Assembly (NCBI RefSeq): GCF_052063365.1
Contig: NZ_JBQHXR010000008.1
Span: forward strand, 1 to 64,000
Direction: 5' to 3'
Origin: Blautia sp. HCP3S3_G3
GTDB lineage: Bacteria > Bacillota > Clostridia > Lachnospirales > Lachnospiraceae
Length of the DNA: 64,000 bases
This document shows, one piece after another, positions 1 through 7,821 of the stretch (the first letter of the stretch is position 1; every line of letters begins with the position of its first letter). A program made the translations under genes and the position numbers. The notes below the pieces were generated by a model, which saw nothing but the letters and a program-made list of their open reading frames with translations, was not told where the DNA came from and ran no database searches.

Positions 1-1
1 C

Positions 2-506
2 ATCCGGGTTGTACTTGACAGTGGGGTTACAGAATATCTGGCCACTAATGTAATGGATTCTGATTTATATCCGGAAATGTTTAAAGAACTGTACTTTCTC
101 AGATGGAAAACCGATTGAATCTAAATACAATGAGCTGAAAAACCAGCTTGAAATGGAAGAATTCTCAGGTGCAACTCCTGTCTCAATAGAACAGGAATTC
201 TATATCAATATGTTCTATTCTAATCTCTGCGCAATCGTTAAGAATGATGCTGATGAGAAAATAGCTGCATCTTCCAGACAGGACAATCAATACAGATATC
301 AGGCAAACCGGTCCTTTATTATCGGCAGGGTGAAATGTCTGACTACACGGTTACTTTGCGGTGAATTCCAACGCAGTGTAATATTCACTCTGTTCCGCTC
401 TGCTGCCAGACACCGGTCTCAGATACAGCCCGGACGCAGTTATGTCCGCAAGAAGAAAAAGGATAATCTGAGAACTCATTTCAATCATAGAAAATCAGCA
501 TTATAA
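2..506 (+). pseudogene. IS4-family (DDE_Tnp_1) transposase, C-terminal fragment, frameshifted and cut by the window edge
   Basis: One frame reads ...LYFLRWK and the +1 frame continues IESKYNELKNQL...EQEF...NLCAIV, which is the IS4 Y-x2-R-x3-E-x6-K C-terminal signature. The frameshift is at an A-run near position 112. The ORF ends at 506. Confidence 0.5.
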
Positions 507-804
507 GGATGTTCCTTTTCTTTCGCATACAAAATCTCATGAAAGGTGGTGATGCCCGGGCCTCCCTGTCAGAATTCCTAATATTTGTATGCACGATCAT
601 TCCTGCAGGTCAAAAGAATGTTCAAAGCTGGCGCATTTTGCATCTTTTAGTACTTGCCGGTATGGCATCATCTATTTTCAGGCTACCACTGCGCCCATAA
701 AACCAAAAGCAGCCAGATGCACTCTGGGGAATTCGAGTGTACACGCTATAAAAAATTTTGAAGCCGTATTTTCTGAATTTATCATTCTGTCAAATTACTT
801 AAGT

Positions 805-838
805 TGACCACATTGGTGCCTGTCACCAATGTGGTCAG
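805..838. repeat. Perfect 13-bp inverted repeat (gaccacattggtg-cctgtc-caccaatgtggtc). Candidate terminator or IS-end hairpin.
   Basis: Palindrome read directly from the sequence. Confidence 0.5.
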
Positions 839-1166
839 TAAATGTACGTGGTTCCTTTGATTTTTTTACGAGTTATCCCAGCTGAATCAGATGGTATTTT
901 TACTTTAAAATCGAGATACATGGCGCTCACCTTTCGAGAGTTAATTACTTCCCCTTTGTTCTACCATATTTACTCAATTTTTCAAGCAAAATCGCAGTAT
1001 TTTCAATGAAATCAAGGGATTTTTACCATCTTCATTGCCTTTTCTGACACAAACGAGAGTTAATTATTATGGAAGTTCACACAGAAGAGGTGCAACCAAT
1101 TGGCTGCACCTCCATGTTCTTGATTGTTTTTGTGGGTACTTGTATCTGCGAAATATTAAATTTCCG

Positions 1167-1203
1167 CTTGACATTAACCTATATTGGTGGTAAATGTATA
1201 GAT
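1167..1203 (+). promoter_or_regulatory. Putative sigma-A promoter (TTGACA, 17 bp, TAAATG) upstream of the 1245 gene. RBS GGAGGCGG at 1226.
   Basis: -35/-10-like hexamers with 17-bp spacing. A GGAGG RBS lies 8 nt before the ATG. Confidence 0.35.
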
Positions 1204-1244
1204 GCAGTTAATCACCAATTTGGATTATTTGGAGGCGGACTCAA

Positions 1245-2087
1245 ATGAGCTTGTATCGCACAATAATTCCCAAGTATACATTTATTCCATATGACTTTCC
1301 TACTTCTAGAGATGGAAAATATCATTGTCTGCTTGATGATGGGCAGATTTTGAGGTCTAGAAGGGAACAACTCGGTCTATCAGTTTATCAGGTTGCTGAA
1401 ATGGCGGGTATACAATTCAGTCAATATCAGCGTCTTGAATCAGGGGAACGTTTCTTTTCCGGATGTTCTATGAAAATTGGACTCTCTGTGTGTGCCGTTC
1501 TTTTGCTTGACCCTTTTGAGTTCTTCGACGTCAATGTTAAACAGCCAAAACCGGATATCATGATGCCACATGAGGTTTTTGACGGACTCCAAGATGAAAT
1601 GCCACGCCCCAAAAAAGTTGGTAGAAAGCCTATTAGGAGGGACATTATGACTGTATACTTTAATCACCCATCTTTTTCAATCATCATCCCCCGCGAAGTA
1701 TTAGTGGCTCTCGGCAAGCCCGCATATATCCAAATGATGTGGAATCTTAACGAAAAACGGCTTCTGCTTCATGTTATAGATTCTGACGCAGAGCAAGCAT
1801 TTGATATTCCACCTCATCTTTACGATAGTTGTACCGCTCTTGCTTTTCCTCGTGCTGCTATATTTTCAGAGCTAAAAGAAGGACTTGGGTGGGATACCGA
1901 GCTTTATGCAGCGGAATGTCGGATTGTCTATGATAAAACCAATGAACTTTTTATTCTCTGCGATTTAAACACCGCACAAAAATCCGAAAAAATAGTGGGA
2001 CCTTTTGCTATTCCGACATGCATTGATGATGGCATGGATGATGACGAAATCTTAGATGAGGATGGTGAAGAAAATGAAGAGCTATAA
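1245..2087 (+). CDS. DNA-binding protein: N-terminal XRE-type HTH, central AbrB/MazE-like swapped-hairpin-like segment, acidic C-terminal tail
   Basis: LRSRREQLGLSVYQVAEMAGIQFSQYQRLESGER is an HTH_3 pattern. SIIIPREVLVALGKPAYIQMMW resembles an AbrB-type hairpin. The C-terminus is DDGMDDDEILDEDGEENEEL. Confidence 0.45.
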   Translation: MSLYRTIIPKYTFIPYDFPTSRDGKYHCLLDDGQILRSRREQLGLSVYQVAEMAGIQFSQYQRLESGERFFSGCSMKIGLSVCAVLLLDPFEFFDVNVKQPKPDIMMPHEVFDGLQDEMPRPKKVGRKPIRRDIMTVYFNHPSFSIIIPREVLVALGKPAYIQMMWNLNEKRLLLHVIDSDAEQAFDIPPHLYDSCTALAFPRAAIFSELKEGLGWDTELYAAECRIVYDKTNELFILCDLNTAQKSEKIVGPFAIPTCIDDGMDDDEILDEDGEENEEL

Positions 2088-3522
2088 AGTGACAGTCCCG
2101 AATCGTCATAATCTCCCGCAGTCATTTGGTGTGAATGAATACGATGATCATATTAAACTGAGTGCCTATCTATCCAATAACATAAATAGTGTAGATATCC
2201 CTACGCAGATATCCGAGAAGCCGGTGACGGTAGTCGGAGCCGACTGTTTCTTCAATCATGGAGAAATCACAGAAATCAGTTTCCCGGATACTCTGACCAA
2301 TATAGAGACACAGGCTTTTGCTATGTGCAAGGGGATCAAGGAATTGATTCTTCCCGGCAGCATCAAAGAGATTGAAAGTTATGCATTTCGTGACTGTACG
2401 GGCCTGAAGAAGATTATTCTTCCTTCCAGTCTTAAAACATTGAAGCAAGGAACATTTGCGTTTACCTATTTACCGGATGATGTAAAGATTACTTTAAACG
2501 AGGGGCTCGAAACTATTCAATCCAAAGTTTTCTCCGGAGGAGGGGTTAATTTAGGCTTCACTGTAAAGCTGCCGTCTACTGTCAAACAGTTGGCTGACGA
2601 CGCCTTTGATCCTGGAATTAGGGTAATCCGCATTAACTATGATAAGCACATTCCTCTACAACATTCTGTAAAAGCCGCACAGGTTATACGAGAAGCTATA
2701 TCTGAGAGTGATCTGAATGACCACATTGATACAAGCATCGATTTGCTCCGTAGAATTAAGCAAGAGCATAACTTAGGTCTTTTGACTGATCACGAATGCG
2801 AAAAGCTTTTCTATGAGGAGTTTTGCAAAGGCTTTTTCGAATATCTAAAAAGCAAAAGACTTAAAGCCAAAATATGCGATAACAATTGGAACCTGTTCAT
2901 AAAAGATTACAACCTTTGGAGAGAAGGAAACACTACTCCATCCAACGCGAATGAGTCGTGGCTATTCTATGTCGATTCTGAGCCAGCCAGCCAGACAGAC
3001 AAAACATGCTTTTTCAAATTGATGGAGTCTTATTCTGTTCCTCTTGCATACTTCAAGCCTATTTCCGATAACTGCGTTTTTCCAAGTCTTCACTACGATG
3101 TGTATGGGACGTATATGGCAGGGACGGTCAAGTTTGAATTAATTGATGATAGTGGCCTGTACACATGTAATAATCCGATAGACAAGCAATTTGTTTTAAC
3201 CGATAAGACCGGCCTGAAAGCGTATATAGCTGTAAATAGACCTGCTAAAAAAGATGAACTACATAATCTTATGACTACTGCGTTTATCGGAACCGGTACG
3301 ATTGATGGATATACAAGTTCTCGAGCCCGTGAGATTTACATCTCCATTAAGGAACAACAAACAGTATGGTTTTGGTTTGTTGTTGGGAGCGATGATCTTG
3401 ATGTCCTCCATCACTTTCCACTTTGGGATTCCTACAACGCTTTTGAAACAGAGCGGCAGGAGAAAATACATGAGCACATTCTTAATCTAATGTATCGAAT
3501 CGATAATGAAAGCCATGAATGA
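2074..3522 (+). CDS. Cytoplasmic leucine-rich-repeat (BspA-type LRR) protein with a ~300-aa C-terminal domain of unknown function
   Basis: Repeated ...I.LP.S...I...AF..C..L..I motifs (ISFPDTLTNIETQAFAMCKGIKELILPGSIKEIESYAFRDCTGLKKIILPSSLKTL). No signal peptide. It overlaps the upstream gene, so the two are probably translationally coupled. Confidence 0.5.
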   Translation: MKSYKVTVPNRHNLPQSFGVNEYDDHIKLSAYLSNNINSVDIPTQISEKPVTVVGADCFFNHGEITEISFPDTLTNIETQAFAMCKGIKELILPGSIKEIESYAFRDCTGLKKIILPSSLKTLKQGTFAFTYLPDDVKITLNEGLETIQSKVFSGGGVNLGFTVKLPSTVKQLADDAFDPGIRVIRINYDKHIPLQHSVKAAQVIREAISESDLNDHIDTSIDLLRRIKQEHNLGLLTDHECEKLFYEEFCKGFFEYLKSKRLKAKICDNNWNLFIKDYNLWREGNTTPSNANESWLFYVDSEPASQTDKTCFFKLMESYSVPLAYFKPISDNCVFPSLHYDVYGTYMAGTVKFELIDDSGLYTCNNPIDKQFVLTDKTGLKAYIAVNRPAKKDELHNLMTTAFIGTGTIDGYTSSRAREIYISIKEQQTVWFWFVVGSDDLDVLHHFPLWDSYNAFETERQEKIHEHILNLMYRIDNESHE

Positions 3523-3537
3523 AACGGAGGACGAAGA

Positions 3538-3855
3538 ATGTACAGATTTGACTACTCTTTGGACGATTATCTCCGTGTAACCGATAATTGCGCCAATCAC
3601 GTTAAAATGCTCCTCCAGACCCGCTATGATGAACTGGAGCATATTCGTGAAGCTATCAATGATCGTTATCCATTCGAAGATCTGTTTCTGAAACAAGCCG
3701 AAGTGGATGATGAAAAATTTCTAATTCACAGACTTTTGGAATATTTGGATTCATGCGTTCTTGAGCGAAGGGAATTCCGAAGGGAAATGTTTTCAGATGC
3801 CGCAGGAAGTGCAACTGGTACAACAGATGATAGCGGATCAAGAGAGTCAGTCTGA
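3538..3855 (+). CDS. Hypothetical 105-aa protein, third gene of the plus-strand operon
   Basis: RBS GGAGGACGAAGAATG. No recognisable motifs. Confidence 0.4.
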   Translation: MYRFDYSLDDYLRVTDNCANHVKMLLQTRYDELEHIREAINDRYPFEDLFLKQAEVDDEKFLIHRLLEYLDSCVLERREFRREMFSDAAGSATGTTDDSGSRESV

Positions 3856-4458
3856 AAGCCACTTTTCTTTGTCCTCATCTGTTAAGTGGCTTGAAAAATT
3901 GCACGTATTTCTCGATTCTCCATAATCATTTATCATGGGCTCTTGATAAATGTTTCGACCAGCAATTACCTCCCACAGAGTAAGCAACACTTCTTTCTTG
4001 CATTTTCCTCCCAGATTTCGAATGCGAGAAAGTGGGCCAAACTCCAATATATCACGAACTGTGTGTATTCCAGCACGTTTCAAGCAATTTGTGCTACGAA
4101 CGCTCATGTCCAGTTCCTCCACAGTCATACTCATTACGTTTTGATCGACCTCAAAAATAACCCCTTCAATGCTATCTCTAAACTCCATAATCTGACACGC
4201 CATTTCCTGCTGCCTTGACTTTACAATATCACGGAAATTCGGGCAATACTTGTTTAGCCAGGCTTCGGACTCTTCCTGCGTTTCACATTGTTCAAAATCA
4301 TCCAGGTCCTCTTGATCAACATTTTTACTGAGGTCCCTACCTACATTCACCTCGAGTTCTTTCCGGACGATGTCCGAGAAGAGTTTTCCCTCTTCAACGG
4401 TCTCAAAACGGATTCCATGCCGCTCAAGTTCCTTTTGGTCGAATTCATATTTGTTCAA
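3847..4458 (-). CDS. Hypothetical protein with a C-terminal RNA polymerase alpha-subunit CTD-like helix-hairpin-helix domain (alphaCTD-like, residues ~108-165)
   Basis: [30 protein letters not shown]...[12 protein letters not shown] is near-identical to bacterial RpoA CTD (e.g. B. subtilis [24 protein letters not shown]...VRNLGRKSLEEV). The N-terminal 105 aa are unrelated to RpoA. Confidence 0.5.
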   Translation of the reverse strand: [203 protein letters not shown]

Positions 4459-4473
4459 TAGATTCTCCTCCTA

Positions 4474-6759
4474 TCAAATTGATTTTTTTAATTCCTGCCT
4501 GCGGACGGACCACTCTTCAAGGAATGCTGGTATCACTAGGTGAGAGCGTTCTTCCATAATCTTTTGAGGATTGTTCAGAAGATTCAGGATTTCTGAAGAG
4601 GTCAGCGCGCGCAAATCCATGTAGGGCTTTACAAGTCGTTCGATGCTGCTCTGTTCAATGTAAGCTGCAACAGCTTCGCCATCTTTCTGCATCTTCGGCT
4701 TATCAATCGTTAAAGTGAACGGAGCTGTTTGTCGCCCATCTACGCTCAATGTAGTTATGGCATTGAAAGCATCAAGTCTCGCCAAATTCACTTTCATATT
4801 TGGATCGTCAAAACGAACTGCTGCCGTATGTGCATCTCTGGGAGAAAGACGAAAAGCGCTGAAGTTCGCAGAATTTGACTCCAGAGCATCACGAATTTCA
4901 GCCGTCAGTTGACCCGTATGCTGATGACATAGCACCATAGCCAACCCGAACTTTCTAGACTCCGCCAGCATTCTTGGCATAGGATTCGTTTGGAACAAAG
5001 CTGCCTCATCTACCACCACAAAGTGCGTTTTGTCCCGTTCATGCCGAGCCATGGCAGCATTCCATAGCTTCATAAGTAGAAGCGTTCCAACAATCCGAGC
5101 TGCGTGAGTACCGATATTGGGAGATGCCAAATCAATCAGCGTTACCGTATCGGTATCGATTGAATTCGTGAAGTCTAAGGCATTTGCCCCAGCCCCTAGA
5201 GTCTTACGTAGCTGCTCTACAGAGATAAGCCTTTGAAACTTGCACAAATACCAATTGAGCGTTGCCTGAAAATCATTGCTTTTGTCTGTGCCATATTCCT
5301 GCTTAATAGTCTCCACAAGCTCAGGGTAGCGGTTGACGATTGCTTTACTTACTTTCAACATATTATCCTGGCTCTGGGAAATAACAGCAATGCTCTCCAA
5401 AGAAGCTCTTCTGCCGAGGAAGGCAATTGACGCCTTAGCAAATGTTGAGAACCACCGTTCCCAGCGTGGTCCGACGAAACATTCTCCCGGAGGGTTGAAA
5501 ATATCTCCGAAGAGCTCGCATAGATCGCTAATATTCCGTTCTTCCTTGGACGGATCATCACTGTCCCAAATATTCAATGGTACCGGATGCTCTGCGTCAC
5601 CGATTCGGACAACGCGCACACGTTCAGCATACTGCTTTGGAATCATTCTGAGAAGCAAGTCAATAGTACTTCCGTGCGGATCAAAAAACGTCAGACCATG
5701 ACCCTTTTCGATTGCACTCAGAATGAGCTTCGTAAGGAGTGTGGATTTGCCCGTTCCGGTTTGCCCAACGATCTGATAATGGCGTTTTATATCTGTTTCA
5801 CCGATGGTAATCCTCCTACAAATACCTGCAGTATCGACTGCTTTGCCAATTTCGACTGCGCCATGGCTCTTAGTGTTCCGATGGCTTGCAGGTATCTTCT
5901 TTACGGGTTCTTCACAGACCTGAAGACCAATAGTTGTTTCATGGATTTCAGGTTCCATCATTAGAATTCTGGCTGCATAGTCGGGTAAGATCTGGGCCTC
6001 AAATAAAGGATTTCTCCAAATTTCTTCAGCTTTCTTGGTTTCAATATCACCGACATATCTACACTTAGCCCCTTGAACTGCCTCCTCCAATACTGTCTTT
6101 AAGCGAATAGAAGGAGAAGTAGGAAGAAGGAGGAGGACTCGCATTTTTACCGGTCTCCCTAGGTAGTCCCTAACTGAAATACCATCCACATCATAACTAT
6201 GCAGCGTGTTCTTGCGGCAGAAAGTCTGTTCCTCGTCTGTAGCCGGACCTACGACAACTCGCATGACGGCTCCAGTATCTCGCAGCACGCTGACGAGCTC
6301 AGCAAATATTTCGGAGTAATGTGTTGGCCATTTAGAAATGCTATCATCTTTAGTGGTAGGGGTTCCACAGTTAAAGCCAATAATCGCTCTTGTCTGTCCT
6401 GTCTCTGTTATAGGAAGATAGACCTCATATAGCTGTGTTAGACTAGAGACAGAGGTTTTCAAGACTCCCTTGACAGTTTTTCCGGTCTTTTCAGCACACC
6501 ATCTTAGTTCTTTCTCCGTAAATTCTTCTGAACCAAAGAGACTAAGAATCGCAAGACCCTTTGTTGGAATCTCAATCTGCCAGCCAACGAAGCTTTCTTC
6601 ATTCATGACAGATGCACACTTCACCATTCGGGAAGACATTCTCTCAGAAAGCAGCTTCTTTCCTTCACTCTTTATAAGGCTCTCCAAACGGACAGCGACT
6701 GCTGTGTTGTTGGGATAGTAATTACTCTTCATCTGTAGCACCTCCTTAGTAGGCTTCAC
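4474..6759 (-). CDS. Soluble HerA/VirB4/FtsK-clade P-loop ATPase (DUF87/AAA_10-like) with ~330-aa N-terminal domain of unknown function
   Basis: Walker A GQTGTGKST followed by FDPHGS (the HerA/T4CP DPxGE motif). Walker B HFVVVDEAALF. ESRKFGLAMVLCHQHTGQL matches the EGRKYG...Q sensor/arginine-finger motif of HerA/VirB4. No TM segments. Confidence 0.6.
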   Translation of the reverse strand: MKPTKEVLQMKSNYYPNNTAVAVRLESLIKSEGKKLLSERMSSRMVKCASVMNEESFVGWQIEIPTKGLAILSLFGSEEFTEKELRWCAEKTGKTVKGVLKTSVSSLTQLYEVYLPITETGQTRAIIGFNCGTPTTKDDSISKWPTHYSEIFAELVSVLRDTGAVMRVVVGPATDEEQTFCRKNTLHSYDVDGISVRDYLGRPVKMRVLLLLPTSPSIRLKTVLEEAVQGAKCRYVGDIETKKAEEIWRNPLFEAQILPDYAARILMMEPEIHETTIGLQVCEEPVKKIPASHRNTKSHGAVEIGKAVDTAGICRRITIGETDIKRHYQIVGQTGTGKSTLLTKLILSAIEKGHGLTFFDPHGSTIDLLLRMIPKQYAERVRVVRIGDAEHPVPLNIWDSDDPSKEERNISDLCELFGDIFNPPGECFVGPRWERWFSTFAKASIAFLGRRASLESIAVISQSQDNMLKVSKAIVNRYPELVETIKQEYGTDKSNDFQATLNWYLCKFQRLISVEQLRKTLGAGANALDFTNSIDTDTVTLIDLASPNIGTHAARIVGTLLLMKLWNAAMARHERDKTHFVVVDEAALFQTNPMPRMLAESRKFGLAMVLCHQHTGQLTAEIRDALESNSANFSAFRLSPRDAHTAAVRFDDPNMKVNLARLDAFNAITTLSVDGRQTAPFTLTIDKPKMQKDGEAVAAYIEQSSIERLVKPYMDLRALTSSEILNLLNNPQKIMEERSHLVIPAFLEEWSVRRQELKKSI

Positions 6760-7042
6760 GTTCTAACATATAATCATTGATAACGGACACGAGATGTTTA
6801 GTCACTTCATAAAGTCCAGAGGATCCCGTTCTACCAACATGGAAGCAGCCAAGGGAGGCCGGGGTCCAGCGACGAACATCATCTATTGCTACTCCGTCTT
6901 TAAGGAGATCATATAGCAACCCGTTATGTCTATGATATATGAGATATTCACGCTGGCCGGAGAAATCGAGATAGATATTGAATCCGTCTCTGTTTCCATT
7001 GTTAACTGCGCACACTCTAATGTTTCTGTTATTTTTCTTCAT
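6746..7042 (-). CDS. Hypothetical 98-aa protein, first gene of the minus-strand 3-gene operon. Its 3-prime end overlaps the ATPase gene start.
   Basis: ORF with a 14-bp overlap to the downstream ATPase gene. No motifs recognised. Confidence 0.4.
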   Translation of the reverse strand: MKKNNRNIRVCAVNNGNRDGFNIYLDFSGQREYLIYHRHNGLLYDLLKDGVAIDDVRRWTPASLGCFHVGRTGSSGLYEVTKHLVSVINDYMLEREAY

Positions 7043-7237
7043 TTACTGATACCTCCACATCACAGGACTTCGTTTTTCTCCTATTCATTAAACGTAGCCT
7101 GCTAATGTTTATCGTATTTGAAATATCATTTTTGCACGTGATGGCGGCGCCCCGACTGTCTTCAGCCGCAATCGGTCGCTGTTGCCGAACTCTACGCCCC
7201 GGCAACCGGGCGATGACCACAATATGAAATTGTCAAG

Positions 7238-7340
7238 GTGCAGGTGGAAAACAAAAAAGCCGATGCTCTGATAAACAACCAAATGGGTAGACTTTCCCTC
7301 CGGGAAATCATTTAGTCACTTATCAGAGCATCGGCTCTAA
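7238..7340 (-). terminator. Long hairpin (17-bp stem agccgatgctctgataa / ttatcagagcatcggct) followed on the minus strand by TTTTTTGTTTTCC. Candidate terminator for transcripts arriving from the CRISPR/IS side.
   Basis: Inverted repeat and T-tract read directly. The ~45-nt loop contains a mini-hairpin tttccc/gggaaa. Confidence 0.4.
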
Positions 7341-7435
7341 ACATTTTTAATTTGTGTTTAGACTATATCATAGGCTGGTGCTTTTGTCAACAGGTGAATT
7401 TAAAATCTGTTTTTCTCCTGTTAATCACGGTGATA

Positions 7436-7626
7436 AAATGTACAAAAATCACGCTCAAAAAATGTACAATCAACCTCCAATAAATTAGTATCAGTTTATT
7501 GGAGGAATAAGAATGATTGGAGATAAATGGTTGAGCATAAGAAACGACAGAAAAAAAAGAATGAGTTATTCCGAAATAGGCAGGAAATATAACATCGATC
7601 GCCGTACCGCAAAGGTAAGGTACAAC
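7436..7626 (+). mobile_element. IS21-like element left end (repeated TGTACAA motifs) plus N-terminal HTH fragment of an IstA-like transposase, truncated at a partial CRISPR repeat
   Basis: tgtacaaaaatcac ... aatgtacaatcaacc direct repeats, then GGAGG RBS and ATG at 7513 encoding MIGDKWLSIRNDRKKRMSYSEIGRKYNIDRRTAK (HTH, IstA-like). The reading frame runs into the half repeat aaaggtaaggtacaac at 7611. Confidence 0.35.
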
Positions 7627-7821
7627 ATGAGCGGTTGATCGGTTCGAAGAATCGTGACTGGGAGTGTCAATTCCTCATAGGTAAGGTACAACTTTCCAGT
7701 CAATCTAAACGCGCCTTCAAGAAAGGTGTGTCAATTCCTCATAGGTAAGGTACAACGAAGCCCATAAGCGCTTCACTTCCGACGACGCAATCGTGTCAAT
7801 TCCTCATAGGTAAGGTACAAC
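7611..7821 (-). CRISPR. CRISPR array 1: one partial (16-bp) repeat plus three full 29-bp repeats GTGTCAATTCCTCATAGGTAAGGTACAAC, written on the plus strand. Spacers are 37, 35 and 36 bp. Transcribed on the minus strand.
   Basis: Exact repeats at 7664-7692, 7728-7756 and 7793-7821. The conserved leader abuts the 7821 end. The reverse complement GTTGTACCTTACCTATGAGGAATTGACAC resembles clostridial type I-B repeats (GTTGAACCTTAAC...). Confidence 0.9.

Noticed and set aside
4474-6759. 761-aa ATPase as Cas3 or another Cas protein servicing the adjacent arrays
   Set aside because: No HD nuclease motifs and no DExH/DEAD helicase motifs are present. The Walker A/B and arginine-finger pattern is HerA/VirB4/FtsK-type instead. 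No cas1/cas2 are nearby.
4474-6759. 761-aa ATPase as a conjugative type IV coupling protein (VirD4/TraG)
   Set aside because: T4CPs have N-terminal transmembrane helices and sit with relaxase/T4SS genes. This protein is predicted soluble, and no T4SS, relaxase or oriT-like genes are present in the window. This cannot be fully excluded without a profile search.
7029-7220. 63-aa minus-strand ORF across the GC-rich patch
   Set aside because: Arg-rich translation typical of a spurious frame through GC-rich DNA. No RBS. It overlaps the 98-aa gene start.
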